Below, piece after piece: positions 42,781-53,526 of a DNA stretch of 64,000 bases. Source of the DNA: Malassezia furfur (lineage: Eukaryota); NCBI GenBank assembly GCA_052055015.1, contig JBQJIT010000004.1. One strand, 5' to 3'. How positions within the stretch are numbered: position 1 is the stretch's first letter; each line of letters opens with the position of its first letter. A model generated the notes under the pieces. The model saw only the letters and a program-made list of their open reading frames with translations. It searched no databases and was not told the origin of the DNA. The position numbers and the translations under genes are program-made.

Positions 42781-44232
42781 ATGGCCAGTGCTGCCCTCCC
42801 GCAGCGGCCGCCAAAAGACGTGCGGCCGCAGACTGAAGATGTTACTGCGACGAAAGGCAATGACTTTGAAGACTATTTCCTGAAGCGTGAGCTTCTAATG
42901 GGCATTTTTGAAGCTGGATTCGAGCGCCCCTCGCCAATCCAAGAGGAGGCGATCCCCATTGCGCTTTCTGGGCGCGACATTCTTGCGCGTGCCAAGAATG
43001 GCACAGGTAAGACGGCTGCATATGTGATCCCGTCGCTGGAGCGCATCAATACCAAGAAGAATAAGATCCAGGCGGTGTTGCTGGTCCCGACGCGTGAGTT
43101 GGCGCTGCAGACGAGCCAGGTGGCCAAGACGCTCGGAAAGCACCTGGGTGTGGAAATTATGGTGAGCACGGGTGGCACGACCCTGCGCGATGATATTCTG
43201 CGCCTCGGCCAGACCGTGCATATGCTCGTCGGCACGCCTGGCCGTATTTTGGACTTGGCCGGGAAGGGCGTGGCGGACCTGAGCCAGTGCACGACGTTTG
43301 TGATGGACGAGGCGGACAAGCTTCTTTCTCCTGAGTTCACGCCTGTGATGGAGCAACTGCTCTCCTTCCTGCCGAAGGAGCGCCAGGTGATGCTCTTCTC
43401 GGCGACCTTCCCGCTGATTGTGAAGGACTTCAAGGAGAAGCACATGGTCAAGCCTTATGAAATCAACCTGATGGATGAGCTCACGCTGCGTGGTGTGACA
43501 CAGTACTATGCCTTTGTCGAAGAACGCCAAAAGGTGCACTGCCTCAACACGCTCTTCTCCAAGCTGCAGATCAACCAGTCGATCATCTTTTGCAACTCCA
43601 CCAACCGTGTGGAGCTGCTCGCGAAGAAGATCACCGAGCTCGGCTACTCGTGCTTCTACTCGCACGCCAAGATGCTCCAGGCGCACCGTAACCGCGTCTT
43701 CCACGACTTCCGCAACGGCGCGTGCCGCAACCTCGTGTGCTCGGACCTGCTTACACGTGGTATCGATATCCAGGCCGTGAATGTGGTGATCAACTTCGAC
43801 TTCCCCAAGAACGCCGAGACCTACCTGCACCGCATCGGCCGCAGCGGCCGTTTCGGCCACATGGGTCTCGCGATCAACCTGCTCACCTACGAGGACCGCT
43901 TCAACCTGTTCCGCATCGAGCAGGAGCTCGGCACTGAGGTGCAGCCGATTCCGGCGACGATCGACAAGCGCCTCTACGTCTCGCCCGCACTTATCGAGGA
44001 GGGCGACAAGCGCGAGCGCGAGGCAGCGGCCTCGGGGCAGCCCGTACACGGCCCCAGCGTCATGCAGCAGGGTCTCCCCTCGATCCCTCCGACGCAGGCG
44101 GCGATGCACGCAGTGCCTGTCGCGCAGAACGCCAACTTCACCGAGACGGTGCCGCACCGCCGCGGCCGCCGCGGCCAGCACCGTGGTGGTGGCGGCGGCA
44201 ACCGCAACCACAACCAGCAGCAGACGGCCTAA
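42781..44232 (+). CDS. DHH1: DEAD-box helicase Dhh1/DDX6
   Basis: [26 protein letters not shown] and [14 protein letters not shown] (MASAALP) at 42781. Confidence 0.97.
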   Translation: MASAALPQRPPKDVRPQTEDVTATKGNDFEDYFLKRELLMGIFEAGFERPSPIQEEAIPIALSGRDILARAKNGTGKTAAYVIPSLERINTKKNKIQAVLLVPTRELALQTSQVAKTLGKHLGVEIMVSTGGTTLRDDILRLGQTVHMLVGTPGRILDLAGKGVADLSQCTTFVMDEADKLLSPEFTPVMEQLLSFLPKERQVMLFSATFPLIVKDFKEKHMVKPYEINLMDELTLRGVTQYYAFVEERQKVHCLNTLFSKLQINQSIIFCNSTNRVELLAKKITELGYSCFYSHAKMLQAHRNRVFHDFRNGACRNLVCSDLLTRGIDIQAVNVVINFDFPKNAETYLHRIGRSGRFGHMGLAINLLTYEDRFNLFRIEQELGTEVQPIPATIDKRLYVSPALIEEGDKREREAAASGQPVHGPSVMQQGLPSIPPTQAAMHAVPVAQNANFTETVPHRRGRRGQHRGGGGGNRNHNQQQTA

Positions 44233-44395
44233 GTGTGCGCAACGACCTGCACATCGCCCGCTTTGTGTTCCTACGTATTTTTCCCCTCCGCGCGGCACGT
44301 TGTAGATTCTGTGGCGGACGCCGCTGGGCTGGACGCCCGCTCCCCGTATCCCCCTCCCCCAAAAAACAAAAACCTTTTTATATTATACATGGCGG

Positions 44396-45462
44396 CTAAA
44401 AGGTGTGCTCATACTCCATAATGTCACGCTCGGGCGCCGCCGACGCTGCAGCAGGGCGCTCGCGGGTCGCAGGAGCGTCGTACGCGCGCTTCGATGGGCG
44501 CGTACGTGAGCGCGAGCGCGACGAGCTGGGTGCAGCAGCCCATGCCGCCGTCTCCTGCCTGCTTGCGCGCACGGGCGGCACACGCTCCTGCGTCGAGAGG
44601 CCAAGCAACTCACGGTCCAGCTCGTCCATCGTATCGGTCGGTGCAGTAGCCGGTGCGGGACGGCGCTGGTTCATCGTCGCCAACTCCTCCTCCTCAAATT
44701 CGCCGTAGCTTGGTTTCGTACGGGGCGTGCCCATGGCGTGGTCGATGCGCGAGTGCCTGTCCATCGAGGGAGTACTGGCGTGCCCATGGCCGCCAAACAG
44801 TTTGCGAGTGCGGGACATGAGGGAGCTGTTGGTGCGACGCGATGCACCCGAGTCCATTGACAGGGTCGATGGCGTAGCCATGGGCTTGGATGGCTTGCTG
44901 GATGCCCCATAGAAGCGGTCCGGCTCGACGAGCGCATCGGGATCCGTCGCGAGGTCGCTCTCCTCGTCGTCCGGGCGCGGGCGCGGGCCGGAGCGCATGG
45001 CGGTTGGAGCATCAAACTCGTTTGTTTCTGGATTGAGGTAGTATGCGCGCCCCTCGTCGTCGTGTTGGACGTGCTCGGGGACGTAAAGGTAACGGTCGGC
45101 CCACTTGCGATTCGTACCGGACGCATTCGCCGGATTGACGACCAGGCCGCATTTTTTGAGCCAAGCGGGCGTGCGCTTCTTGTTCGAGTTGTCGCGCACG
45201 CGTTGAATGAAGAAGTTGTGAAGCTGCGTGTGAGTGCGCGTGCGACGTACGTGGCCCGGGATGTACCCCAGGATGGTGAGAATCACGTTGATGAAGAAGT
45301 CGGTGCCGATGCCGAAGCGCATCGCAACCGCGAGCGGCGGCACCAAAATGCTAAACAGCACGATGAACAGAGCAAAGGCATGCCGTGGACTTGGTCGCCT
45401 GGGTGAGCGGTGCGCGCTACGCACAATTCGCGACGGTTGCCCGTCAGGCCCATGAACGGCAT
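44396..45462 (-). CDS. Pmp3/UPF0057-domain membrane protein with long C-terminal tail; introns 45399-45424 (26 nt) and 45224-45250 (27 nt)
   Basis: ILVPPLAVAMRFGIGTDFFINVILTILGYIPG is the Pmp3 signature. Confidence 0.8.
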
Positions 45463-45510
45463 GGCGGCAGGCGGAGACAATGTGGAGGTGCGTATCTAGC
45501 GCAGGACTAC

Positions 45511-46848
45511 CTACTCCAGGTCCGCGGCGTCCGGCTCGGCGTCGGCCGGCTCGATGATGGAGCTCGCGGGTTGCCAGACCATGACGATATTGTCCTCGGC
45601 AGCGGTAGCAACCTTGCATGGGTCCTGCGGCGACCAGGCCATGTCGGTGGGGCGGCTCGTATGCCCGCCGTGCACAAAAAGCAGCTCGGCAGGCCCGTCC
45701 TCGGCGTCCTCGGCGGTCTGCTCCTCGCCAATGCGGCTCAGGTCCCAGATGTTCACGCGGCGGTCCGCAGAGGCGGAGGCGAGCATCGTCTCGTGGTGCG
45801 GCGACCACGCAATCTGTAGCACCTCGTCGGTATGCGCTTCGAGCGAGTGCAGCGCGACGCTGAGATTCCGCAAATCCCACAGCGCGACGGTCTTGTCGCT
45901 CGAGCCGGTGGCCAAAATGTACTCGCTCGCGAGGCTAAACGACACCGCATTCACCTCAGCAGAGTGTGCCTCGACGCGGTGCTTCGGCGAGTCGGGCGAC
46001 TCGCGCGTGTCCCACAAGAGCATTTGGCGGTCGTCGCCCACGGACGCGAACAGGTGCTCATGGAAGTTGTGCCACGCGACGTCTTCGACGATAGATGAGT
46101 GCCCACGGTACGTCTGCACGGGATCAAGCACTGTCTTGTCTTTTTGGTACGCATTCACGTCCCAGTGGCACACGGTGGTGTCTTCCGACGCCGCAAGAAT
46201 GTGCCCCTGGCGCACCGGGTTCCACGCGAGGCCGTAACCCTCTTTGGTCTGCCCGCGCAGCGTGATGTCTGGCCGGCATTTGCCGTCCGGATCCGGCTGG
46301 TTGCTGTGCTTGGTGCGGTCGAACACGTAGGTGAGGCCACTCACGGCGCGCGTTGCGATCAGATCGCAGTTTTGCGGGCAATACCGCGCGCGGTTGACCT
46401 CGCCGTCGTGGTTGATGCGCTGCGTGATCTGGATCCGCGGCATCGTCGAGGAGTAGGAGCCAATTTCTGTGTGAGCAAGGCGCCGCCAACGTACCGCCTT
46501 TTTCCTCGTCGTAGTCCTTCACCTCGAGCTTCGCGTCGCCCTCGGCGTCAGTGAGCGGCAGGTTGGCCGACGCAATCTGCACGTAGTTCTGGTCCTGCCC
46601 GGAGGTGTGTGTGCCCATGAGCAGACGGTGCCGCGCGTAGCCCTTGTCGGCAAACACCTCCTTGTCCGGGAACCACTGCATCGTGAGCGTCGGCCATTCG
46701 AGCGCGTGCGTGATGACCATATCATAAAGGAACGGCGAATTCTTCTTCCAGACTGGATTAGCGCGCGACACGCACTCTTGTACTCCTCGTTGGATATCAT
46801 GGCCAGGTTGGCCGACGCCGCGTCCTCGGCAATGTCCACGCCCGCCAT
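45511..46848 (-). CDS. HAT2: Histone-binding WD40 protein Hat2/Msi1/RBBP4; introns 46753-46775 (23 nt) and 46467-46494 (28 nt)
   Basis: Spliced NEEYKIWKKNSPFLYD, HALEWPTLT, HDGEVNRARY and EDGPAELLFVHGGH. Confidence 0.92.
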
Positions 46849-46883
46849 GGTAGTTAACGACGCGACGGGGAGCGCGTCGCACC

Positions 46884-46900
46884 CACGTGGCTCCCACGTG
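46884..46900. promoter_or_regulatory. Twin CACGTG boxes (46884-46889, 46895-46900) in the 59-nt HAT2/TTI1 bidirectional spacer
   Basis: Motifs read directly between ATGs at 46848 (-) and 46908 (+). Confidence 0.55.
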
Positions 46901-46907
46901 TGCTACC

Positions 46908-49900
46908 ATGGACGCGCCGCGCGGCGACGCACGGATCTTTGCACGGGTGCGGCCGCTGTGTGTGACGCTGCTGCGGCACACCACGGCGCCGCGCCTCGCA
47001 CCTGAGGTCGCCACGACGCTCGACCAAATTGTCGAGATCGTGCGCGATGCGCAGCGCGACGCTGATCTCGCACCGGCGCTACTGCACTACCTCTTCTACC
47101 CCCTCGCGCAGCTCTTGCGCCGCGAAGAAGGCATCCAGGGCGTGCCCGACCGCGTGCGTGAGCGCACGTTTGTGCTGCTGTCGTGTCTTGCGCGCGACTG
47201 GTGGCATGCATGGACATGGGACAAGGTGCAGGCGCCGCCCGACGCACCGTTGCAGCAGGTGCGTGCGTGGCAGGAGTGGGAGCAGCTCCTGCTCCTCGGC
47301 GTGATGGCCCTGTCGGCGCGCGTACGCGGCAGCGATGCATCGATGCTGGCCATCTCCCAGTTTCTCGTGCAGCTGCTTCAGCCGCGTACGCAGACGAGCG
47401 AGCCGGGCGCTTTCGAATGGGACGGCACCTCCGAGCTGCCTTCGCTGGACCTCATGGACGACGACGAGAGCGCGCACGAATGGCAGATCTATCCTGCACA
47501 CCAGCACACGCGTGCTGCACGCGAAGACCGTGCGTGCGTCGGGGCGCTGTCGCATGTCCTCAAGCTCGGACTCGACACGGCGCTCGACGCCGCGCGGCCG
47601 CGCGAGCTGCGCCAAGAGATGCTCGAGCTTGCAAGCGTCGCGAGCCTGACGTGGATTGTGGGCGACATGCATGTACTCGTGCATGGCCCGCACCTCGCCA
47701 TGGAGGCCGCGCTTGCATACTATGCAGCGCCGCACGCCGCGCAGGAGGCGTGTGCGCTGCGTGCGTCGCCCATCGTGCCGGGCGTCGTGAGCAGTGCGGT
47801 GAAGCTGGTCGCGGGGAGGGTGCCTGCCTCTGGCGCGCTGGTTGCACAGGCGCTCCAGCTGCTCGCGGCGATGCTCGTCGTATGCCTGGGCGACGTCGTC
47901 ACGGCGCCGCTGCGGCACGAGCCCGAGGCGCGCGCGCTGCGCCTCGAAGACTTTGCGCAGCGCGTCGTGGACGACGCGTCGGTGGTCGACTCGGATGCGG
48001 AAACGGCCTCGGACGTGGATACCCCCGCGACACGCATCGCCGATACGGATGCGTCGCTCCGCACGTCCGAGTGGCTGCGGCGCACGATGCGCCCCGTACT
48101 CGTGGCGCTCTTGGCGCTCGAGGTACGCCATACACACGACTATGCTGCAGCGCAGTACGCACTGATCGACTGTGCGGCGCTCGTGCTTGAGCGCCTGCCC
48201 GCTACGGTGGCGTCCGCGTGGCGCGATGTGGCCGGCGACACGGGTGGGCACGACCCGCTGCACCATCTGCTTCGCGTCGTGCTGGATGTCGGTGTGGTAT
48301 CAGGGCGCACGCGTGTCGCCGCGCATGCGCACGCGGCGGTCGAGCGCCTCGTGGTCGCCGATGCGCCGGCATGGCTCGCGCGCCTCGGCGACGAGTGGGT
48401 GTGGGCCGTTGACGCGCTGCCCGGTGCACTGCGTGGCGTGCACGATGCCGAGGTCGTACAGAGTGCGGGGCGTGCTGCTTCGATTGCCGCGCTTTGTGGC
48501 ACGTCGCTCGCCGCCGTGCAACTTGGCGATGTGCGCCGCGGGCTCCTTGCGCACGTCCGCGCGCCGACCGATGTCGCGCGCTGGGGTGGCGCATTGGTTG
48601 CGGCGCTGGCCGTGCACGACGGGATGGCCGCCGACGTGACCGACGACGCGGCGCCGTTTGCCCTCCGCCCGCAGTGTGCGCCGCTCGAGCCCGGCTCGGT
48701 TGCGGCGGTCGCATCGATGTGGGCGGCCCTCGGCGAGGCGGTCGCGGCGCTTCTCGTGCGCGCAAGTGCGACGGCATCCACCCCGCTGCCGTACCAGCAC
48801 GTCTTTGCGTCCCTGGTGTACTCTGTGCGCGAGGGGTGTGCCCATCGCACCGTTGCGCTCGACGACTCCGGCGCGCAGCGTTTTGCAGTCGCGTGCCTGT
48901 TTGCTGCCAACGAGCAGATGCAGCGCATCGTCGTCGTGCTCGCCACGCCCGAGCTCGAGGCTCGCATGGCCCGAAGCGAAGGACGTGCGCTGCGCAAGCC
49001 CGTGCACGCGCTCGCCAAGGCGGTCGTGCAGGACGTGCTGGATGCCTGGCGCGAGGACCGCGACGAGGAACTTGCGCCGCGTGCCGCGCGCAGCGAGCGT
49101 GCTGTGGCGCCCGTCGCTGACGACGTGCCAGCGATGCAGCGCGGGCTCACGTCGACAGAGGGCCCCGGCGACGTGGACGAACACCTTGCCCTGCGCGCCG
49201 GCCAGGCGCTGGACGTGGGCTTTGTGGAGCACGGGCGCCTGGACCGTGCGCCGCGCGCCGAGCCCGCGCGGCGCATCGAGCGCGCCGCGGGGCTGCACGC
49301 GCTCAGTGATGCCCTGCTCCTGGCGCTACTCGCTGCCGCTGCGGCGCTGCTCGGTCCGTCGTTCCGCCCGTGGCTGCTGTACACGTTGTACCCCGTGCTG
49401 AGCGCCATGGGCCATCCTCATGCCGTGGTACGCACTACGGCGCGGCATGCGCTCGACCGCATTGCGCATGCGTGTGCCTACCCCAGCGCCGCGAGCTGTG
49501 TGCTGCACCACGCCGACTATGTGCTGGGTGCCGCAAGCTACCGCCTCGTCGCTGGCCTGCACGCCGAGCTGCGGGCTGGCGCGGTTCAGATGCAGCTCGC
49601 CGGCGCACTGCAGCGTAGACCGACCGAGGCCACGCGCACGCCCAGTAGCCTGCTGGGCGCCCGCGCCGCGCCGTGGGTGCTGGTGCAGGTGCTCGAGATG
49701 CTCGGCGCTGAGGCGGTGCCTAAGGTCGAGGACGCGGTGGACGAGGTGCTGGACGCACTCGACCGCTTCCATGGCTACGACGACGTCGCCGACGGACTCC
49801 TCGCTGTGCTCGCACGCGTGATGCACGTGCTGGCTCGCACCGAGGCACCCGCACCGGCGCGCAAGCTCGAGGCGCCGACGCCCAGCGACCCCCTCGCCCG

Positions 49901-50858
49901 GCTCACGACGTGGCTTGCGCGCCGCACGGCGCCGGTGCCCGAGGTCGACGACGCGGCGCCCGACGCGTCTGATGCGGCGCCCGACATGGATGCTGCCGGG
50001 CACGACGCGATGAACGAGGATCCCAACCCCCCCGCGTCGCGGCTGCAGACAATTGTCGCACAGATTGCGGAGCGGTGCGTGCCGTTCTTAAGCCATGCAA
50101 GCGCCGCAATCCGTGTGCGTGCATTGCAAACGCTCGCCGATGCGGTACGCATTTTGGCGCCGCAGGAGCGCACCGCGGAACTATACCCCGTGCTGCACCG
50201 TGCGTGGCCGCTGGTGATGGCGCGGTTGGGCGTGCGCACGACGCAGCGCATGCCAACGGCGCGGGCAACCGGCCTCGACGCACTTCCGAGCGAACAGGAC
50301 GCGAGCGTGTGGGAGGCGGCCGTGCAGCTCGTAGGCGTGCTCGGTGCCTACGCGCCGGACGTGTTTGGCAAACCGATCGTCGAACAGGCCTGGCCCCGGT
50401 TTGCGCGGCTGCTGTGGGTACTTGAGGCCCCCGCGGGGGGCACCATGCCACGGGCAGCAGGGCGGCGCGCCGTGCTCCATGGTGCGCGCAGCGAAGAGCC
50501 TCACGCGCTCGTGGTGCACGAGCGGCGCACGGTGCACATCTGGAACGTGCACACGGCGCTGGGCCGTGTCGCTTGTGCCGTACTCGAGGCGCTCCGCCAG
50601 GTACTCGAGGGTCGTGGTGCGCACATGCCCGCGTCGGTGCTGTGGGCGATGGCGACGCACCCGGTCGTGCTTGACGCGCTAGACGAGCGCCAGGCGCCGC
50701 CAGTGCGACTGCTGGGCGTGCGCCTCTTCCGTGCGTTGGCACAGGCCGACGCCAACCTCGTGTGGATCGTGGCGCGCGCCGTCGCCGGGGTGGGTGCGCC
50801 GAGCTTTTTGGCCCGGCACGACGCGCACCTCGTGCCGCTGGCCGAGGTCTGGGGCTAG
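46908..50858 (+). CDS. TTI1: HEAT-repeat protein, Tel2-interacting protein Tti1-like
   Basis: IFARVRPLCV, YLFYPL, PGVVSS, LYPVL..HHADYV, LDRFHGY and LYPVLHRAWP segments resemble fungal Tti1. Confidence 0.72.
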   Translation: MDAPRGDARIFARVRPLCVTLLRHTTAPRLAPEVATTLDQIVEIVRDAQRDADLAPALLHYLFYPLAQLLRREEGIQGVPDRVRERTFVLLSCLARDWWHAWTWDKVQAPPDAPLQQVRAWQEWEQLLLLGVMALSARVRGSDASMLAISQFLVQLLQPRTQTSEPGAFEWDGTSELPSLDLMDDDESAHEWQIYPAHQHTRAAREDRACVGALSHVLKLGLDTALDAARPRELRQEMLELASVASLTWIVGDMHVLVHGPHLAMEAALAYYAAPHAAQEACALRASPIVPGVVSSAVKLVAGRVPASGALVAQALQLLAAMLVVCLGDVVTAPLRHEPEARALRLEDFAQRVVDDASVVDSDAETASDVDTPATRIADTDASLRTSEWLRRTMRPVLVALLALEVRHTHDYAAAQYALIDCAALVLERLPATVASAWRDVAGDTGGHDPLHHLLRVVLDVGVVSGRTRVAAHAHAAVERLVVADAPAWLARLGDEWVWAVDALPGALRGVHDAEVVQSAGRAASIAALCGTSLAAVQLGDVRRGLLAHVRAPTDVARWGGALVAALAVHDGMAADVTDDAAPFALRPQCAPLEPGSVAAVASMWAALGEAVAALLVRASATASTPLPYQHVFASLVYSVREGCAHRTVALDDSGAQRFAVACLFAANEQMQRIVVVLATPELEARMARSEGRALRKPVHALAKAVVQDVLDAWREDRDEELAPRAARSERAVAPVADDVPAMQRGLTSTEGPGDVDEHLALRAGQALDVGFVEHGRLDRAPRAEPARRIERAAGLHALSDALLLALLAAAAALLGPSFRPWLLYTLYPVLSAMGHPHAVVRTTARHALDRIAHACAYPSAASCVLHHADYVLGAASYRLVAGLHAELRAGAVQMQLAGALQRRPTEATRTPSSLLGARAAPWVLVQVLEMLGAEAVPKVEDAVDEVLDALDRFHGYDDVADGLLAVLARVMHVLARTEAPAPARKLEAPTPSDPLARLTTWLARRTAPVPEVDDAAPDASDAAPDMDAAGHDAMNEDPNPPASRLQTIVAQIAERCVPFLSHASAAIRVRALQTLADAVRILAPQERTAELYPVLHRAWPLVMARLGVRTTQRMPTARATGLDALPSEQDASVWEAAVQLVGVLGAYAPDVFGKPIVEQAWPRFARLLWVLEAPAGGTMPRAAGRRAVLHGARSEEPHALVVHERRTVHIWNVHTALGRVACAVLEALRQVLEGRGAHMPASVLWAMATHPVVLDALDERQAPPVRLLGVRLFRALAQADANLVWIVARAVAGVGAPSFLARHDAHLVPLAEVWG

Positions 50859-50874
50859 CGTGGGCGTATGTACA

Positions 50875-53475
50875 CTACAAGGTAAACAGGAAACGGAGGT
50901 CATCGACCGACAAGCGTCCCATTGCTGCATCGTCGTTGCCGATGGCGGCCTCGATCATTGCGCTTTTCTTGTTCTGCAGCTCGATGATGCGGCTCTCGAT
51001 GCTGTTCTCGATGATCATGCGCTTCACGACGATCGGCCGGTGCTGCCCGAGACGGTGAATGCGGTCCATCGCCTGCACCTCCACCGCCGGGTTCCACCAC
51101 GGGTCCATGAGATAGACGCGCGACGCCTCGGTCAGGTTGAGTGCCACACCGCCGGCCTTGAGCGAGACAAGGAACACGGTCACCCCCGGGTTCTCCATAA
51201 AGTGCTTGATAGTGCGGTCGCGCGCTTCGGGCGTCATATTGCCCTCGAGGCGGCAGATGCGGAAGCCGGCGCGCTGCAGCCGAAAGGCGATCAGGTCGAG
51301 GAAGTTGACAAACTGCGAAAACACGAGCGACTTGACCGAACGGTCTGGCAGCTCGCGCAACAGCGTGAGCTCTTCGACGAGGGCCTCGATCTTGGTCGAA
51401 GAGCGCCAGCGGGACAGGTCGAGGCGCGACAAGATGCCCTGGCGCTGCGTCTCGCCGGGGACGGGCGCCGGTGGCTCGAGGGCGGGCTGCTCGAGGTCGA
51501 TCGAGAGCACCGCGTGGCAGTAAGGACAGTCGGGCGTGACGTCCGCGCGGCGCGCGGTCTCATCCGGGTCGCCCTCGACGCTCTCGAGGTACTGCCGGAT
51601 GCACGCGCGGCAAAACACGTGGTGGCAACGGGAGCGGACGGCGTCTTCGGCTTCCTCGGTGCACAGCTTGCACACATTCACCTCCTCGCTCTCGACGAGC
51701 CCCGCACGCGCGCCCGTGTTGGAGCGCAGCACAAGGTCGGGGTGGTTGGCCATCTGGCGCATGCGCGTCAGCAGCGAAAAGATGTTCGAGTAGTTGTTCA
51801 GCACGGTGCCCTGGTCGAGGTAGGTCGAAAACTTGCGTGTGGTGCTGCTGTACAGGCTCTGGTACAGCTCCTCTTCCTCGTCGTTGAACGTATCGCGGCG
51901 TACCTGCACTGTGCGCGGCGGCAGGCCCATGTCGTCCGCGCGCTCGAGCTTGGTGCGGCGCAGCATGATGCGGTCGAGGAGCAGGCGCAGGTGCACAAAC
52001 GCGTCGCGCCCGTCTCCTTCCTCGGTGCCGTCGCGCTGGATGGGGCGCAGGATGAAAAAGTTCCAGAAGCTGATGTGCGACATGGGCTTGTGCCCACAGT
52101 CGTCGCACCGCCGATTCCCGGTGAAGCGCCACTGGTGCGACTTGCACGCACATTCGCGGCAGAAGTAGTACGAAAAAGGGTCGCCGCCCAGGAAGCGGAT
52201 CATCGAGTAGAGCTCGCCCACGCGGTTCTGCAGCGGCGTGCCACTCAGGCACCAGTGAAAGTCGCTGCGCAGCGCAAATGCACTCTTGGCCGTGTTGGTG
52301 GTACGCTCCTTGATGTGGTGCGCCTCGTCCAGGATCACGCGGCGCCATGCGATCCCGTGGATCAGGCTCGGTTCCGTGACGCGCCGCCCGCGGCGCTGGA
52401 AGCCATGGTGCATCTTGCGGTACGCATTTTCGAGCACCGAATAGCTCGTCATCACTACATCCGCCTGCGCCAGCTCCGCGGCGTCCTGCGTGCGCTGCGC
52501 ACCGTGCCACACGACAACCTTGAGGTGCGACGCGTACTTTTGCATCTCGTTACGCCACTGCAAAATGGCCACGGTCGGTGCCACGACCAGATTCGGGCGC
52601 TGCGGGTCGGCAACAAGCAGCGACACCATCTGGATCGTCTTGCCCATGCCCATTTCGTCGGCAAGCAGCCCGCCGCGCCACTCGCTGCGCTCCTGCGATT
52701 GCAGCCAGTACAGCCCCTCGCGTTGGAATGGCAATAGCGGCATCGAGATGCCTTCCGGCTGTGGTGCCTGAGGCACCGGCCCTTCGCGGGGAGGACGCCG
52801 CAAACGGTCCCACACGTCGACCAGCTCGGGGTGCACCGCCGCGAGCTGCTTCGTGCGCCGCTCAAACAGCGACATTTTGGGCTTGGCTGGTTTCTTTTTG
52901 CGGCGCTGTGCACGCAGATCGCGCAGCTGCTTGTGCGCCAGCGGCTCGTCGTCGTCGCTGCTGTCGCTCGTCGCTGCACCGCCGTCGGTGAATGCGGCGT
53001 CGCTCTCGTCCATGGGCAGCGGCAGCACATCTGCCACATCGACCTCGGCCTTGGTACCACGCCGTCCGGAAGCCCGCGGCGTCGCACTCGCCCCGCGCTG
53101 CGCGCGTGACGGCGGCGACGGCGTGCCGAGGACAACGCCCCATTCCTGCTTGGTGTCGACCATGTCATCGTCGCTCGTCACCGACTGTACCCCATTCGGC
53201 TCCTCGTACAGCGACTCATCCTCGGACACGCTTGGCACATCCGAGATGGTCGCCTCTGAGTCGTCTTCGTCTTTGAGCGGCGCCCGCGCCACGTTCGTGC
53301 GCGCACGCTTGGCTGGTGGCGTCGGCGGCACGTCGGACAGGTCGTCGTCGGACTCGTCCTTGAGCGCACCACCTTTGTGCATGCCAGGCTTACGGTCCAG
53401 CTCGGTAGCAACCTCCTCGTCCGACGCATCCGCCGCCTGTCCGTGCGCCGCAGCACAGGCCGATCGGCGGCGCAT
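50875..53475 (-). CDS. RAD16: SNF2 helicase-RING nucleotide excision repair protein Rad16
   Basis: LADEMGMGKT, DEAH, SGTPLQN, internal C3HC4 RING, SSTKIEAL and QAMDRIHRLGQ. Confidence 0.93.
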   Translation of the reverse strand: MRRRSACAAAHGQAADASDEEVATELDRKPGMHKGGALKDESDDDLSDVPPTPPAKRARTNVARAPLKDEDDSEATISDVPSVSEDESLYEEPNGVQSVTSDDDMVDTKQEWGVVLGTPSPPSRAQRGASATPRASGRRGTKAEVDVADVLPLPMDESDAAFTDGGAATSDSSDDDEPLAHKQLRDLRAQRRKKKPAKPKMSLFERRTKQLAAVHPELVDVWDRLRRPPREGPVPQAPQPEGISMPLLPFQREGLYWLQSQERSEWRGGLLADEMGMGKTIQMVSLLVADPQRPNLVVAPTVAILQWRNEMQKYASHLKVVVWHGAQRTQDAAELAQADVVMTSYSVLENAYRKMHHGFQRRGRRVTEPSLIHGIAWRRVILDEAHHIKERTTNTAKSAFALRSDFHWCLSGTPLQNRVGELYSMIRFLGGDPFSYYFCRECACKSHQWRFTGNRRCDDCGHKPMSHISFWNFFILRPIQRDGTEEGDGRDAFVHLRLLLDRIMLRRTKLERADDMGLPPRTVQVRRDTFNDEEEELYQSLYSSTTRKFSTYLDQGTVLNNYSNIFSLLTRMRQMANHPDLVLRSNTGARAGLVESEEVNVCKLCTEEAEDAVRSRCHHVFCRACIRQYLESVEGDPDETARRADVTPDCPYCHAVLSIDLEQPALEPPAPVPGETQRQGILSRLDLSRWRSSTKIEALVEELTLLRELPDRSVKSLVFSQFVNFLDLIAFRLQRAGFRICRLEGNMTPEARDRTIKHFMENPGVTVFLVSLKAGGVALNLTEASRVYLMDPWWNPAVEVQAMDRIHRLGQHRPIVVKRMIIENSIESRIIELQNKKSAMIEAAIGNDDAAMGRLSVDDLRFLFTL

Positions 53476-53526
53476 CGTCGTGGAAAAAATTCGGCTACGC
53501 GGCGTGCTATCAAAGGTCCTCCACAT

